Source: a virus
Taxonomy: Duplodnaviria; Heunggongvirae; Uroviricota; Caudoviricetes
Length of the DNA: 36,147 nt
Reading direction: 5' to 3' (one strand)
IMG/VR virus record: IMGVR_UViG_2623620505_000004
Location: 1-36,147 of that record
The notes beneath the pieces were generated by a model, which made no database searches, was not told where the DNA came from, and was given only the letters and a program-made list of their open reading frames with translations. The number at the start of each line of letters is the position of its first letter. Positions within the stretch are counted from its first letter, which is position 1. Both the position numbers and the translations under genes were made by a program. This document shows, piece after piece, positions 26,376 through 35,876 of the stretch.

Positions 26376-29192
26376 TCAATCTTTATCGTAAAAACTGCCA
26401 CGTCCGGCACGGTCGCGTCGTTCCAATTCTGCCCTGACCATTTCACCGACCAGTTTCGCCAGTTCGCGGGGATTCTGCGTAACAACGTTATGCAGATGAA
26501 CATGAATTTCACCGCCAAATCCGGAGACAACAGGCTCCCGGTTACGGGAAGTTGCAGGAACTGATGCCACTGGCGATCGTATGGCCTCCGCCACCGGGCG
26601 GGAGCTGGCCGCAACAACAGGGACCAGCGCCGGAGGCAGAGGAGTCGGGACCACGGGTGTGATGTTGATTGCGGAAGCAGGCTTACTGACCTGCGCAATC
26701 TTCCGCTCCTGCCACTCCCCACGAACAGCAAGTGCGCGGGGCAGGTTCTTAAAGACAATATCGCCGGGGCCAATGCGTTTTTTCGTCTCATCAACCAGCT
26801 TACCTGTGTTATCAGCAATTTTGCTGAGTCTGCGTAGCGTACCGGTATTGCTGTCTGTGAGCGGTTTGTTGTCTTTGGGTTTATCACCTCCGGTGCCATT
26901 GCCATTTTCCACAGGCTTCGGCGGATTGATTTTCGCCAGGTCCCCCTGAAGCAAGGCAACCTTGTCCTGAAGAATGGCCGCACGCTGTGCGTCTTCGATT
27001 TTCTTGCGCGCCCTTTCCGCTTCATCCGGAAGGACGCCAAGTTTTTCAAGTATCCACGCCAGCGTATCCAGTAGCATTTTTGCAGGCGTCAGAACAAGTT
27101 GTAACGCACCGCCAAGAACGTTACCGAATATCTCGCCAGCACTGGTACATTTATCCAGCGTTTCCTTGCTGGACTCCATCGGTGACAGCAGCGATTTAAA
27201 CCAGTTAAACACCTGGCTGATCCCGCTTCCGATTGCGTCAAAAACAGGACCAAACCGTTCAAAGGTTTCGCGCAACGGGGCCAGCCTTTCCATAATCCCG
27301 CTGAACACCCCGGCAAAAAATGCCCTGATGGGATCCCAGTATTTCCAGATAAGAACGGCAGCTCCGGCAAGTGCAGCCACGATAAGACCAACCGGACTGA
27401 ACAGCGCCCCGATAGCGCCTCCCAGTAAAGAAACGGAACCCGTCACCATTCCCCATAGTGCTGGCAGGACCCTGACAGCATTCATTGATCCGGTCAGGAG
27501 AGAAAAACCAAGACGCAGTTTTGCCAGCGGACCAGCAAGCATACCAATAGCCAGCGACAACGAGCCAACCGTTGCAGTCATTGCCAGCAACGCACCGCCT
27601 GCTATCAGTAGCTGGCGCGTCAGTGCCGGATGGGCCTGCGCCAGCGCCGTCACCCTTGATACCACCCGCGTGAGCCACTGCGTGACAGAACGCAGCGGAC
27701 CGTCAATCAGATCTGCAATGCGGATGCGCAACCCTTCCCATGCACTGCCGAGTGATTTCAGATCGCCGTCAAGGTTGTTGGCCATAACCTTTGCTGTGCG
27801 TTCAGCCTCACCGCGCGCGCCTTCAAGTTCTTTTCTCAGTTTGGGTAAGGAACCGTCACCCGCTGCATCAACGAGCGCCATAAACGATGTGAAAGCCTCT
27901 TCTCCGGCAATGTCCTTAAAGAACGATACCCGGTCAACTTCCCCGTATTTGCGGGTGGCTTTATAAAGGTCGGCCAGCACATCCTCCATCGGGCGCATTT
28001 TGCCCCCGGCATCCGAGACGGACACGCCCAGCTCTTTCAGAGCTTCTGCCGCCGCCTTTGGCGGTGATGCCAGACGAGCCAGGCTGGCACGCATTGCCGT
28101 CCCGGCATCACTCCCTCTGATGCCCATATTCGCCAGCACGCCAGCCATCGCTGCGGCCTGCTCCAGCGATATTCCCAGCTTACCCGCCACCGGACCTGCA
28201 TATTTCATGGTTTCGCCCAGTGCGCGAAGGTCAGTGTTGGTACGGGTAAACGCTGCGGTGAGTGTGTCACCGACCCGGTCCATCTGGTCAGCAGAAAGGC
28301 CGAACTGCGTCAGGATATTTGAGCCAATATCTGCCGTCTCGCCGAGATCCATACCGCCAGCCGTTGCCATGCTCAGCACTCCGGGAAGCGCAGCCTGAAT
28401 GGCCTGCGGTGTGAAGCCAGCCATTGCAAGAAATGCCTGCCCACTGGCGGCATCGCCTGCGGTGAACTGCGTTTCAGAGCCAAGTTTTAACGCCTGCTCA
28501 CGCAGCGCCTTAAACTGCGGGCTGTTCTGGTCGATTCGCGTCAGCGCCTGAACGCGGGACATCTCTTTGCCGAACCCGATCGCGGGCTGCAAAAAACGCC
28601 CGGCAGCATAGCCGCCCGCCGCTGCCGCACCAATTGCCAGCGCACCACCTGTTTTCAGTTTTCCCGCGGTTTCCTGCGCGCGCGAATACCGCTCACGCGC
28701 CCGCGTTACACGCGCAAGCGCCTGCCGTTCGCGTTCAAGCTGGTTGTTGTACTGTTCGGTGCGTCTGATGGCCTGCTGGATGGTGTTATCGCTGCCTGTC
28801 AGGGAAATGCCGTGGCGTTTCAGCTCTCCGCCAAGTTCCCGCATTTTCTGAATTTCCCGTGTGCGCGATTCATTCAGGCGTTCAAGCCGGGTGCTTAACT
28901 GCTGCATCAGCTTTTGTTGTTTTTCGCTGAGCACTGTACCCGTGCGTTGTAACTGATTAAGGGCGTTAAGCTGGCGTCGTGCTTTCACGATGCCCGCATC
29001 CGCTTTACTGACAGCGTCACGGGCGCGCTCAAACGAACGCGCCTGACGCTCGAGATTTTTGATCGCCCCCTGCGTTCGCTGGATGGAGTCACCAAACTGC
29101 CCCATCAGGCGGCGGGCGTTTTCGGCAGGCCGGGTCAGCCTGTCAACGGCGCTGAAAGCGACCCGGATATCAAGAGTCTTCATTGTCTGCAT
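26376..29192 (-). CDS. T: Tail tape measure protein gpT
   Basis: About 940 aa, alanine/glycine-rich with hydrophobic central segments. Start ambiguous: GTG at 29219 (ORF track), ATG at 29192 and 29183. Confidence 0.85.
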   Translation of the reverse strand: MQTMKTLDIRVAFSAVDRLTRPAENARRLMGQFGDSIQRTQGAIKNLERQARSFERARDAVSKADAGIVKARRQLNALNQLQRTGTVLSEKQQKLMQQLSTRLERLNESRTREIQKMRELGGELKRHGISLTGSDNTIQQAIRRTEQYNNQLERERQALARVTRARERYSRAQETAGKLKTGGALAIGAAAAGGYAAGRFLQPAIGFGKEMSRVQALTRIDQNSPQFKALREQALKLGSETQFTAGDAASGQAFLAMAGFTPQAIQAALPGVLSMATAGGMDLGETADIGSNILTQFGLSADQMDRVGDTLTAAFTRTNTDLRALGETMKYAGPVAGKLGISLEQAAAMAGVLANMGIRGSDAGTAMRASLARLASPPKAAAEALKELGVSVSDAGGKMRPMEDVLADLYKATRKYGEVDRVSFFKDIAGEEAFTSFMALVDAAGDGSLPKLRKELEGARGEAERTAKVMANNLDGDLKSLGSAWEGLRIRIADLIDGPLRSVTQWLTRVVSRVTALAQAHPALTRQLLIAGGALLAMTATVGSLSLAIGMLAGPLAKLRLGFSLLTGSMNAVRVLPALWGMVTGSVSLLGGAIGALFSPVGLIVAALAGAAVLIWKYWDPIRAFFAGVFSGIMERLAPLRETFERFGPVFDAIGSGISQVFNWFKSLLSPMESSKETLDKCTSAGEIFGNVLGGALQLVLTPAKMLLDTLAWILEKLGVLPDEAERARKKIEDAQRAAILQDKVALLQGDLAKINPPKPVENGNGTGGDKPKDNKPLTDSNTGTLRRLSKIADNTGKLVDETKKRIGPGDIVFKNLPRALAVRGEWQERKIAQVSKPASAINITPVVPTPLPPALVPVVAASSRPVAEAIRSPVASVPATSRNREPVVSGFGGEIHVHLHNVVTQNPRELAKLVGEMVRAELERRDRAGRGSFYDKD

Positions 29193-29438
29193 TCCCGCTG
29201 CGAAGTGCCGCCCGCTCACGCCAGCTAACCACTTCGCCGGGCGTCATCATGAAGATTTCGGCGGGCGACCAGTTAAAAATGGCGGCGATATCTGCCACCA
29301 GATCTTCGATGTGCTCAAAGCACACCAGGGTGATTACGCTGCCGTCTCCTGCACGCTCTTCGCGCCAGAGTCTGGCTCGCTCATAAAATTTACAGCTACA
29401 GCGCACAACTGAATAAAATCGCGTGACGACATTTTTTT
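29170..29438 (-). CDS. gpE' extension reached by programmed -1 frameshift from gpE (E+E' product)
   Basis: A7 run on the coding strand (plus 29432-29438 is T7) within ...ATT AAA AAA ATG... of gpE; the -1 frame is open from 29436 down to the stop at 29172-29170. Frame arithmetic (E codon starts at positions congruent to 2 mod 3, E' to 0 mod 3) fits a -1 slip. Confidence 0.5.
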
Positions 29439-29708
29439 AATCATCACTTCATCCAGTCGTGGCGAGGTCACGCGAGGCAACAGCGTGAACATGGTATCCG
29501 CTTTCAGATTCAGCACATCAGACAGCGACAGACCACGCAGGGATCCAGCCTGTTCAATAGCCCCGGTGATCTCCACATACGTGATTTTTTCGCCACCACG
29601 CTCAATTGGTCGGGTCAGTTTTACGCCACGTTCGACAGCCATATCCTCACCTGCCGTCACATCATCCGCCACGGTGTTATTCCGGGTTTCAGTATCGATG
29701 TCTTTCAT
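29334..29708 (-). CDS. E: Tail assembly chaperone gpE
   Basis: ATG at 29708 after AAGGAG; 124 aa; between the tail tube and tape measure genes. Confidence 0.8.
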   Translation of the reverse strand: MKDIDTETRNNTVADDVTAGEDMAVERGVKLTRPIERGGEKITYVEITGAIEQAGSLRGLSLSDVLNLKADTMFTLLPRVTSPRLDEVMIKKMSSRDFIQLCAVAVNFMSEPDSGAKSVQETAA

Positions 29709-29763
29709 CAGTTGTCTCCTTTTCAGTCAGAGGCGACGCACTGCGCCGCCTGCATATTACTTA

Positions 29764-30276
29764 TCAGCCAAGCCCAAGCGCGGAACGGATACGGTCAGGC
29801 ACAATGTCCTTGCCGTCCTTCCGGTAGATGTGGTTCAACAGGTCGATTTCCCACAGCGGGCGATCGTTAACGCTCAGCTTGTAGTAGGTGTTTTTGACAG
29901 CGTAAGTGTGTGATGTGGCTTCGCCCTGTTTGGCTTCCCCCATATCAATTTCCGTCACACGTCCGCGCATCTCGATTTCATACAGATCGCTTTCTGCATC
30001 GGTGTAGTATTCACCCGCAAAACGCAGCAGCGTGCCGTCAATCGTGCCGCCATATTTAAGGAACAGCGCACGAACAGCTCCCCCCATAACAAAACTCGCA
30101 TCAAGCGCGGAGTCGTCCAGACCGAGATCAATACTTACCGCCCCCATCATGCCACCACCACGATAGCTGTCGGTTTTGCGCGTCAGTTTGGGCGGCGTGA
30201 CGGATGTCACTTTACCCACTTCGTTTTCACCATCCACAAACAACGTAAAAAAGCGAAGATGTTTTGGTACAGCCAT
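29764..30276 (-). CDS. FII: Tail tube protein gpFII
   Basis: MAVPKHLRFFTLFVDG...VTPPKLTRKTDSYRGGGMMG...LRFAGEY aligns with P2 FII as remembered; start overlaps the FI stop (TGATG). Confidence 0.9.
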   Translation of the reverse strand: MAVPKHLRFFTLFVDGENEVGKVTSVTPPKLTRKTDSYRGGGMMGAVSIDLGLDDSALDASFVMGGAVRALFLKYGGTIDGTLLRFAGEYYTDAESDLYEIEMRGRVTEIDMGEAKQGEATSHTYAVKNTYYKLSVNDRPLWEIDLLNHIYRKDGKDIVPDRIRSALGLG

Positions 30277-31460
30277 CAGGCACCTCCCAGCACCGCAAAT
30301 GCGGGACCAAAGAATTCATCAGTAAACGTCTGGTAAAGCTCCATGTCTTCCAGTGGCGGAACGGGCGTATATTTGTAGCGAATACGCACACGTCCCTGAC
30401 GTAAATTCGTGGTGCCGTTATCCACCACGTCATACCAGCACTCCGCACCAATCAGTTTCCCGGCAGTAACCAGCGAATCCAGTTTTGCCCTGATGGCACT
30501 GATAACATCCTTCACGTTCGCAGGCGTCAGTGGACTGTCGATGGTTTCAAACTGCGCTTCCGCAATTGAATCAGCCAGCACCTGTGCGGTTCGGGTATAC
30601 ACCTCAAAGATGTAGGCGTTCGTTTCCGGTGTGCGGTTGCCCCAGAAGCGGAACCCGTTGCGGCGAATGATGGTGGTGATTTCCTTGTTGTTGAGGCTGT
30701 TGGCGTCACTGTCCTCGGCCTGTAACGACCAGAAAACATGTTGTGACATGCCCAGGACATTTTTAACCGGAACATTGGACAGCGATTTGTGCCAGCCCTG
30801 CTCATGGTCAATATACGCACGAAGGCCGCACGCATAAGCAGGCGCGGGGAACGTTTCGTTTTTACCACTTTTCGGGTTGTAGGCGATGAAGTCAGGCCAT
30901 AAGAGCATCACCTCACGTTCGTTGAATTTCTGGCGGTAGGTAATCGCCTCAGCCATCGTGTTACAGCCGTGACATGAGGCATACACAAACGCGCGCAGTT
31001 TACCCGCAATCACGCACAGGGATTTTGTTACCGCCTCCGTGTCCAGCTCCGGCGCGGCCAGAATACGCGGACGGTATCCGATGCTTTCATCCTGCTCTGC
31101 AACAAGCAGCGCATACATCCCCGTATAGCTGCCGTCATCCTCAGAACCACCGATAACCAGTTGATCCTGCGTCTTTCCGTCTTCTTCTTTGTGTTCAGCC
31201 ACGCGAACGACGATCACCTTTGTGCTCACCTGGTCTGCGATGGCCTTAAGCGCACGATAAAGCGTCCCCGTTGTCCCGCATTTTCCCAGCACGTCATTGA
31301 CGCGGGTCAGCAGTGTGGGCTTGTTCAGCGGGAACAGCTTCGCGTCCGCATCATCCGCCGTTGCCACGATACCGATAACGCTGGAATCAACATCGTTAAT
31401 CGCTGTTACCAGGTCGGTACTTTCCGTAACACGGGCACCATGAAAACGAGTTTCACTCAT
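30276..31460 (-). CDS. FI: Contractile tail sheath protein gpFI
   Basis: 394 aa, MSETRFHGARVTE...; size, position and order FI-FII-E-T-U as in P2. Confidence 0.9.
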   Translation of the reverse strand: MSETRFHGARVTESTDLVTAINDVDSSVIGIVATADDADAKLFPLNKPTLLTRVNDVLGKCGTTGTLYRALKAIADQVSTKVIVVRVAEHKEEDGKTQDQLVIGGSEDDGSYTGMYALLVAEQDESIGYRPRILAAPELDTEAVTKSLCVIAGKLRAFVYASCHGCNTMAEAITYRQKFNEREVMLLWPDFIAYNPKSGKNETFPAPAYACGLRAYIDHEQGWHKSLSNVPVKNVLGMSQHVFWSLQAEDSDANSLNNKEITTIIRRNGFRFWGNRTPETNAYIFEVYTRTAQVLADSIAEAQFETIDSPLTPANVKDVISAIRAKLDSLVTAGKLIGAECWYDVVDNGTTNLRQGRVRIRYKYTPVPPLEDMELYQTFTDEFFGPAFAVLGGA

Positions 31461-31617
31461 AGCTTCAGCCCCTTGTATCCGTTAAATGATTCGGCAACAA
31501 TCATCACCCACCACGCGCGTAATCTCACCCCTGCGCCGTTCTCCCGACCCGGCGACAACAAAAAGCAGTAACCCCCTCCGCACGCACATGCGACCATGCC
31601 GCACAGGGAGAGAACAG
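31461..31617. promoter_or_regulatory. Divergent promoter region between FI (minus) and D (plus)
   Basis: Intergenic region that must carry promoters for the minus-strand FI-U block and for plus-strand D; no confident Ogr dyad recognised. Confidence 0.35.
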
Positions 31618-32727
31618 ATGACCGATACCACCATGCAATTGCTCAGTCAGGGCACAGACCCCGTGAAAATGCCGGATTTTGATATTCTCGCAGAGGGTAA
31701 AACGCTGTCCGGCGTGGCAGAACGCCTGATGAGCCTGTCGCTGACCGACAACCGGGGATTTGAAGCGGACCAGCTCACCATCAAGCTGGATGATGCGGAT
31801 GGTCAGTTGCAGCTACCGCCACGGGGCGCGCGCCTGACGGTTCTCATTGGCTGGAAAGGAGAACCGCTGACAGAAAAAGGCACTTACATTGTTGATGAAA
31901 TCGCTCACGAAGGACCGCCGGACAGGCTGACTGTTTCAGCCAGAAGCGCAGATTTTCGGGATGAATTTAACGTTAAACGTGAGGTGTCCTGGCATGATGT
32001 GACCGTTGAACGCGTGGTATCCGCCATCGCTCATCGGTACGGCCTGAAACCGCAAATCAGCGAAATGCTGATGGATATCGAAATCGACCACGCCGACCAG
32101 ACTGAAGAAAGCGACATGTCCTTCCTTACGCGCATGGCGGAAATGCTGGGCGCAATCACCACGGTAAAAAGCGGTAATCTGTTATTCATCATGCCCGGTG
32201 GTGGCGTGAACGCACAGGGTCAGCCGTTGCCATCGTTTGCCATCACACGCAACAGCGGCGATCGCCATCAGTTCCGCATTGCTGACCGCGAGGCGTATAC
32301 GGGTGTACGCGCCTACTGGCTTGATCTTAATTACGGGAAAAAGAAAAAAGTCAGCGTGAAACGCCGCAAACCGCCAAAACCCAAAAAGGAGAAAAGTAGC
32401 AGCCGTGAAGGTGATTATATGGAAGGCGCGGAAGGCAATGTGTTTGTGTTACGCAAGACTTATCAAAACGAGCAGGCAGCAAGACGCGCAGCGGCGGCAA
32501 AGTGGCAGCAGCTACAACGCGGAGCCGCAGCGTTCTCCATCACACTGGCACGTGGACGCGCAGAACTCTACCCCGAAATGCATGGCACGGTAACAGGATT
32601 TAAAAGCGAGATTGATAATCAGGACTGGATTATTGCGAAAGCCGAGCACACCATTGATAACAGCGGCTTTACCACGCAGCTTGAGCTTGAAGCAAAAATC
32701 CCGGAGTGGATAGCAGAAACAGAGTAA
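31618..32727 (+). CDS. D: Late tail protein gpD
   Basis: ATG at 31618 after GGAG; blocks SWHDVTVERV, ESDMSFLTRMA, GNLLF, WLDLNYGKKKKVSVKRR, AKWQQLQRGAAAFSITLARG align with P2 D as remembered. The ORF-track start at 31486 lies upstream. Confidence 0.85.
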   Translation: MTDTTMQLLSQGTDPVKMPDFDILAEGKTLSGVAERLMSLSLTDNRGFEADQLTIKLDDADGQLQLPPRGARLTVLIGWKGEPLTEKGTYIVDEIAHEGPPDRLTVSARSADFRDEFNVKREVSWHDVTVERVVSAIAHRYGLKPQISEMLMDIEIDHADQTEESDMSFLTRMAEMLGAITTVKSGNLLFIMPGGGVNAQGQPLPSFAITRNSGDRHQFRIADREAYTGVRAYWLDLNYGKKKKVSVKRRKPPKPKKEKSSSREGDYMEGAEGNVFVLRKTYQNEQAARRAAAAKWQQLQRGAAAFSITLARGRAELYPEMHGTVTGFKSEIDNQDWIIAKAEHTIDNSGFTTQLELEAKIPEWIAETE

Positions 32728-32815
32728 ACAACTTAAATGTATAAGCTAAGATATTAGCTGGAACGCTTGCTGCACAGAGGCAGCCCCAATTTGACAATCA
32801 CTTCTATGACAGAAG

Positions 32816-32838
32816 CGCTACCTTATTATAAGGTAGCG
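32816..32838. repeat. Perfect 10-bp inverted repeat (CGCTACCTTA-tta-TAAGGTAGCG) in the D / ATPase intergenic region
   Basis: Read directly; no adjacent U-tract, so it may be a protein-binding palindrome rather than a terminator. Confidence 0.4.
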
Positions 32839-32978
32839 TAGATTGAGCAATCTATATCGTGCTAAAAACACATGTTGAATATTTAGATATCGATGTGATA
32901 TTAACGTTATATCAAGAGAGTTAATGTTCTACCGAACCTTATTATCAGAGTTTATTATAGATAAACAATTACTATCAA

Positions 32979-33016
32979 TAAGAGCCACGCACGCAATATT
33001 TTGAGGCTGTGGCTCT
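32979..33016 (-). terminator. Putative terminator hairpin downstream of the 712-aa ATPase gene
   Basis: AAGAGCCAC...GTGGCTCTT 9-bp stem with about 20-nt loop, roughly 25 nt after the minus-strand stop at 33040; moderately T-rich 3' side on the minus strand. Confidence 0.35.
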
Positions 33017-33039
33017 TATCTGTGAACCTACGAGGTTCG

Positions 33040-35178
33040 TCAGGCAATCTCGCGACCAACATCGTCATTTGCCGCAAAAGCTGATAGTAACAAATTATCA
33101 CACTCAGTTATGACATATTCTGGAATGAGATCGAATCTAGCCGGATCCAGCTGGCAGATAAACTCATTTTCGATATGATAGGTTTCATTAATAAATTTCT
33201 GAATTACAGAGTTTGTATGCTCAATACCCATTAACCTGAAAACTTGCAATTTTTCGTAGCTACTTTTGCAACTGAAATAAAGCGTGGTGAGAAAGTTTTC
33301 GCAGGTGATTTTTGCTAGCTCTACCTTATAGTTGAAATCTGGAATATGATTAATTATTTCGTGACAACCTAAATTTTCACTAACTTCTGACATTAACGAA
33401 TATTCCCCGTCGATCTTCGCCAAGCGCCTATCCTCCAGAAATTCCCGCTTATGAAAAAGATTTGAAAGCACTTGATAGGCATCCCCCAGATCATCAAGGA
33501 TTTCGTAATGACGGCGAAGATATATCAACTTAATAATATCGTCACTCACAGACTGTAGAGCCGATGTGCAGATTTGAGCAAAAGTTTTGATATCCGAATT
33601 TGAAATTGGTTGCTCTGTAATAACACCATTACTGTAGCGGAGATAAGCTGCTGAAACTTGATTATCAAATTGCTGCCTAACAGCGCGAATAGTATCGATG
33701 ATTGGCTCAACATCATGCGTCAACATCAGCACTGTTTTACTCTTAAGACAATCAGATGGCTCTCTACGAAAAAGCATTTCAAGAATCGCAAACTTCTTAT
33801 TTTTATCGAACGAGGAAATGGGATCATCCAAAATAATCAGACTTGGTTTTCTAGAAAGACATTCATACATGAAGAGCACGAGGGCAAACGCATTTCTTTC
33901 ACCGTAACTTAGATGTTGGCTACCACCAGTGACGACATCTGTATGATCTACATGATAGAGTTGTAGTCGTGGCTGTGCATCGTCTGTTATCCGCACACGG
34001 TAACGATAACCAGCATAGGATAGAAAATCATTGATATTTTTTTGGTGCTTTATAACGAGCTGGCGTACTTTATTCCGCTGCTGATTCAGTTTACCCTGAA
34101 GTGGTCCAGCGCTTGCAATTAGATCAGTCAGAGAAGTATTGAGTGCATCAACAATACGTGTGGTTTCTTCTGATTGAAGTTCAGTAAAGAAGTCCAGATT
34201 CAACTTGTAAGAGGCGAGTTTAGCAGCTACATCGTCTCCTTCTGTGAAGCTAAATCCGGAAAGCGTTTTAAGCACGGTAAGTTTATCTATTAGATCATCT
34301 GTTTGAGATTTAAGGGTGATAAGATATGTTTCATGCTGCTGCTCAAGACCATTAGGAAGGGTTGTGATTTCTTTAAGACGATCACGGGCAGAGTCAGTAA
34401 GGTAAATTCCTAAACGCTGAATGACATCAACAAGCTCCATCAAATTTTTGATGACAGCTTGGTCATATTCTACTCCAACCTGTTGAATTCGTTGTTGTTG
34501 TTGTTCGGTAGATTCACTACTGCAATAAGGACAGTACTCACCCGCAAGTTCACCAAACTCTGTTAGCCCTTTTGTCTGCCAAGCAATCCACTGCACACTT
34601 TTATTACTAGTTATCATGTTTCTGTACGGTTCAAGTGCGGCAGGGATATGAAGAAGTTTATTACCTCCAGCAAGCGCTTTCATACCCTTTGTACTTTTAC
34701 TAAGAGCAGATGCTGCAGTGACTTTAAATGCACTGGATAAAACAGTGAGATCGCTCAATAGGGTTTCCAGTTGTGTATGCTCGGTAAACACCTGACGGAT
34801 CGTCGAAATAATTAATTCTATTTCACTCTCTGTTCTGATATACGCGTCAGTTTTGATTAATATGTCGAAACTGTTGGCTACAAGCTCATCCTGACGGAAT
34901 GTGAACTGGCTAACATACTCCTCATTGAAACACATTATATTATCTAGTTGTTCCATTCCGGTCACAGAGGGCGCAACATTATCGGGGTTATTTGCCCTGA
35001 ATTTAAAAGGAAGTAATTCTGCCAAACAAGCTTCCTGCCCAGGCAAACTGAACTGCATCGCCCGAGCAATAGTGCTTTTCCCTGTACCATTCGGCGCAAA
35101 ACGAATATTCAACTTTTTTTCGGCTAGAGAAACAGTAGCAAAGTCAATGCTATTACAGTAACTAATTTCAATTTCCAT
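33040..35178 (-). CDS. Rad50/SMC-like ABC ATPase with coiled-coil CxxC hook and C-terminal HEPN-like domain (RloC/AAA_13-like); candidate single-gene defense protein
   Basis: ATG at 35178 after GAAGG. Walker A APNGTGKST near the N-terminus; long helical insert containing CPYC; signature LSYGERN, Walker B LIILDDP and H-loop LMLTHD about 450 residues later; C-terminal about 200 aa with RLMGIEH (Rx5H). AT-rich island. Confidence 0.75.
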   Translation of the reverse strand: MEIEISYCNSIDFATVSLAEKKLNIRFAPNGTGKSTIARAMQFSLPGQEACLAELLPFKFRANNPDNVAPSVTGMEQLDNIMCFNEEYVSQFTFRQDELVANSFDILIKTDAYIRTESEIELIISTIRQVFTEHTQLETLLSDLTVLSSAFKVTAASALSKSTKGMKALAGGNKLLHIPAALEPYRNMITSNKSVQWIAWQTKGLTEFGELAGEYCPYCSSESTEQQQQRIQQVGVEYDQAVIKNLMELVDVIQRLGIYLTDSARDRLKEITTLPNGLEQQHETYLITLKSQTDDLIDKLTVLKTLSGFSFTEGDDVAAKLASYKLNLDFFTELQSEETTRIVDALNTSLTDLIASAGPLQGKLNQQRNKVRQLVIKHQKNINDFLSYAGYRYRVRITDDAQPRLQLYHVDHTDVVTGGSQHLSYGERNAFALVLFMYECLSRKPSLIILDDPISSFDKNKKFAILEMLFRREPSDCLKSKTVLMLTHDVEPIIDTIRAVRQQFDNQVSAAYLRYSNGVITEQPISNSDIKTFAQICTSALQSVSDDIIKLIYLRRHYEILDDLGDAYQVLSNLFHKREFLEDRRLAKIDGEYSLMSEVSENLGCHEIINHIPDFNYKVELAKITCENFLTTLYFSCKSSYEKLQVFRLMGIEHTNSVIQKFINETYHIENEFICQLDPARFDLIPEYVITECDNLLLSAFAANDDVGREIA

Positions 35179-35555
35179 TTTTTTGCCTTCTTATTACGTT
35201 AGTAAGGCAATCACAATACCAACAATTCATTAATAAGTTTACTGCTGGATTCAAAACAAACCAACTTGTGTCACAATATTTAAATTCTATACAGTTTTTC
35301 CGTTTCTCCCCCCTTATGAATGAGGGTTCTATTGCAAGCCTTTCGAGCATAAAGCATCAGTTCCTAGTACATATCGTGGCTTTTCTTACAATTGAGCGCA
35401 TGGCCTGTTTTTCCATTTATTTGTATGTGACATAAGCAAAATCACTTTTTTATAGTAAAAATGTACATCCTCCTCTCGACAAAAGCTGTCTGGCAGTTGG
35501 AGCTTGAGTCAAGACAACTTAAAATAGCGACAGCACCACGTTAAGGGAGGTCGCT

Positions 35556-35816
35556 ATGTTCCGTTGTCCGCTTTGTGGCGCATCTGCCCGTATCCGCACA
35601 AGTCGCCCTGAAAATGATTCGAATACCGTGCGGCAAAAATATTACCAGTGTAACAACCTGGAATGCGGCGTATGCTTCTCAACACTGGAAGCCTTCCATA
35701 AATTCACATCGAAACACGCCTCCAGCGCTCACTCTTCGGAGAGTATCCCTTGGCATGATCTGCCAGCTTCACACAGAGGAAACAATCAGATGAGTTTGCC
35801 CTTACCTCAGAATTAA
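35556..35816 (+). CDS. ogr: Ogr/Delta-family zinc-finger late gene activator
   Basis: MFRCPLCGASARIRTSR...YYQCNNLECGVCFSTLE aligns with P2 Ogr (MFHCPLCQHAAHARTSR...YHQCQNVNCSATF) including both Cys pairs; AAGGGAGG RBS. Confidence 0.85.
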   Translation: MFRCPLCGASARIRTSRPENDSNTVRQKYYQCNNLECGVCFSTLEAFHKFTSKHASSAHSSESIPWHDLPASHRGNNQMSLPLPQN

Positions 35817-35876
35817 CAGGCAGAATTGCCGGAGTAACAAAAAAGCGATAGATTACGCGCGGGTGCCTTTCGGCTG

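Larger units (their letters stand above)
62..35816. mobile_element. P2-like (Peduovirus-type) prophage, near-complete; exact att boundaries not determined
   Basis: Gene content and order match P2: int-C-cox-early ORFs-A, then Q,P (minus), O,N,M,L,X, lysis, R,S,V,W,J,I,H,G, FI,FII,E,T,U, D, ogr. Three AT-rich islands interrupt GC-rich phage backbone. No duplicated core repeat was recognisable by eye at the two ends. Confidence 0.85.

Noticed and set aside
26974-27966. 330-aa plus-strand ORF
   Set aside because: Antisense within the tape measure gene; Ser/Ala/Pro-rich translation typical of the reverse frame of an Ala/Gly-rich gene.
31461-31617. Search for an Ogr TGT-N12-ACA dyad in the FI/D divergent region
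   Set aside because: Only TGT...ACA pairs with wrong spacing (15-20 nt) were seen; no confident late-promoter call without an alignment.
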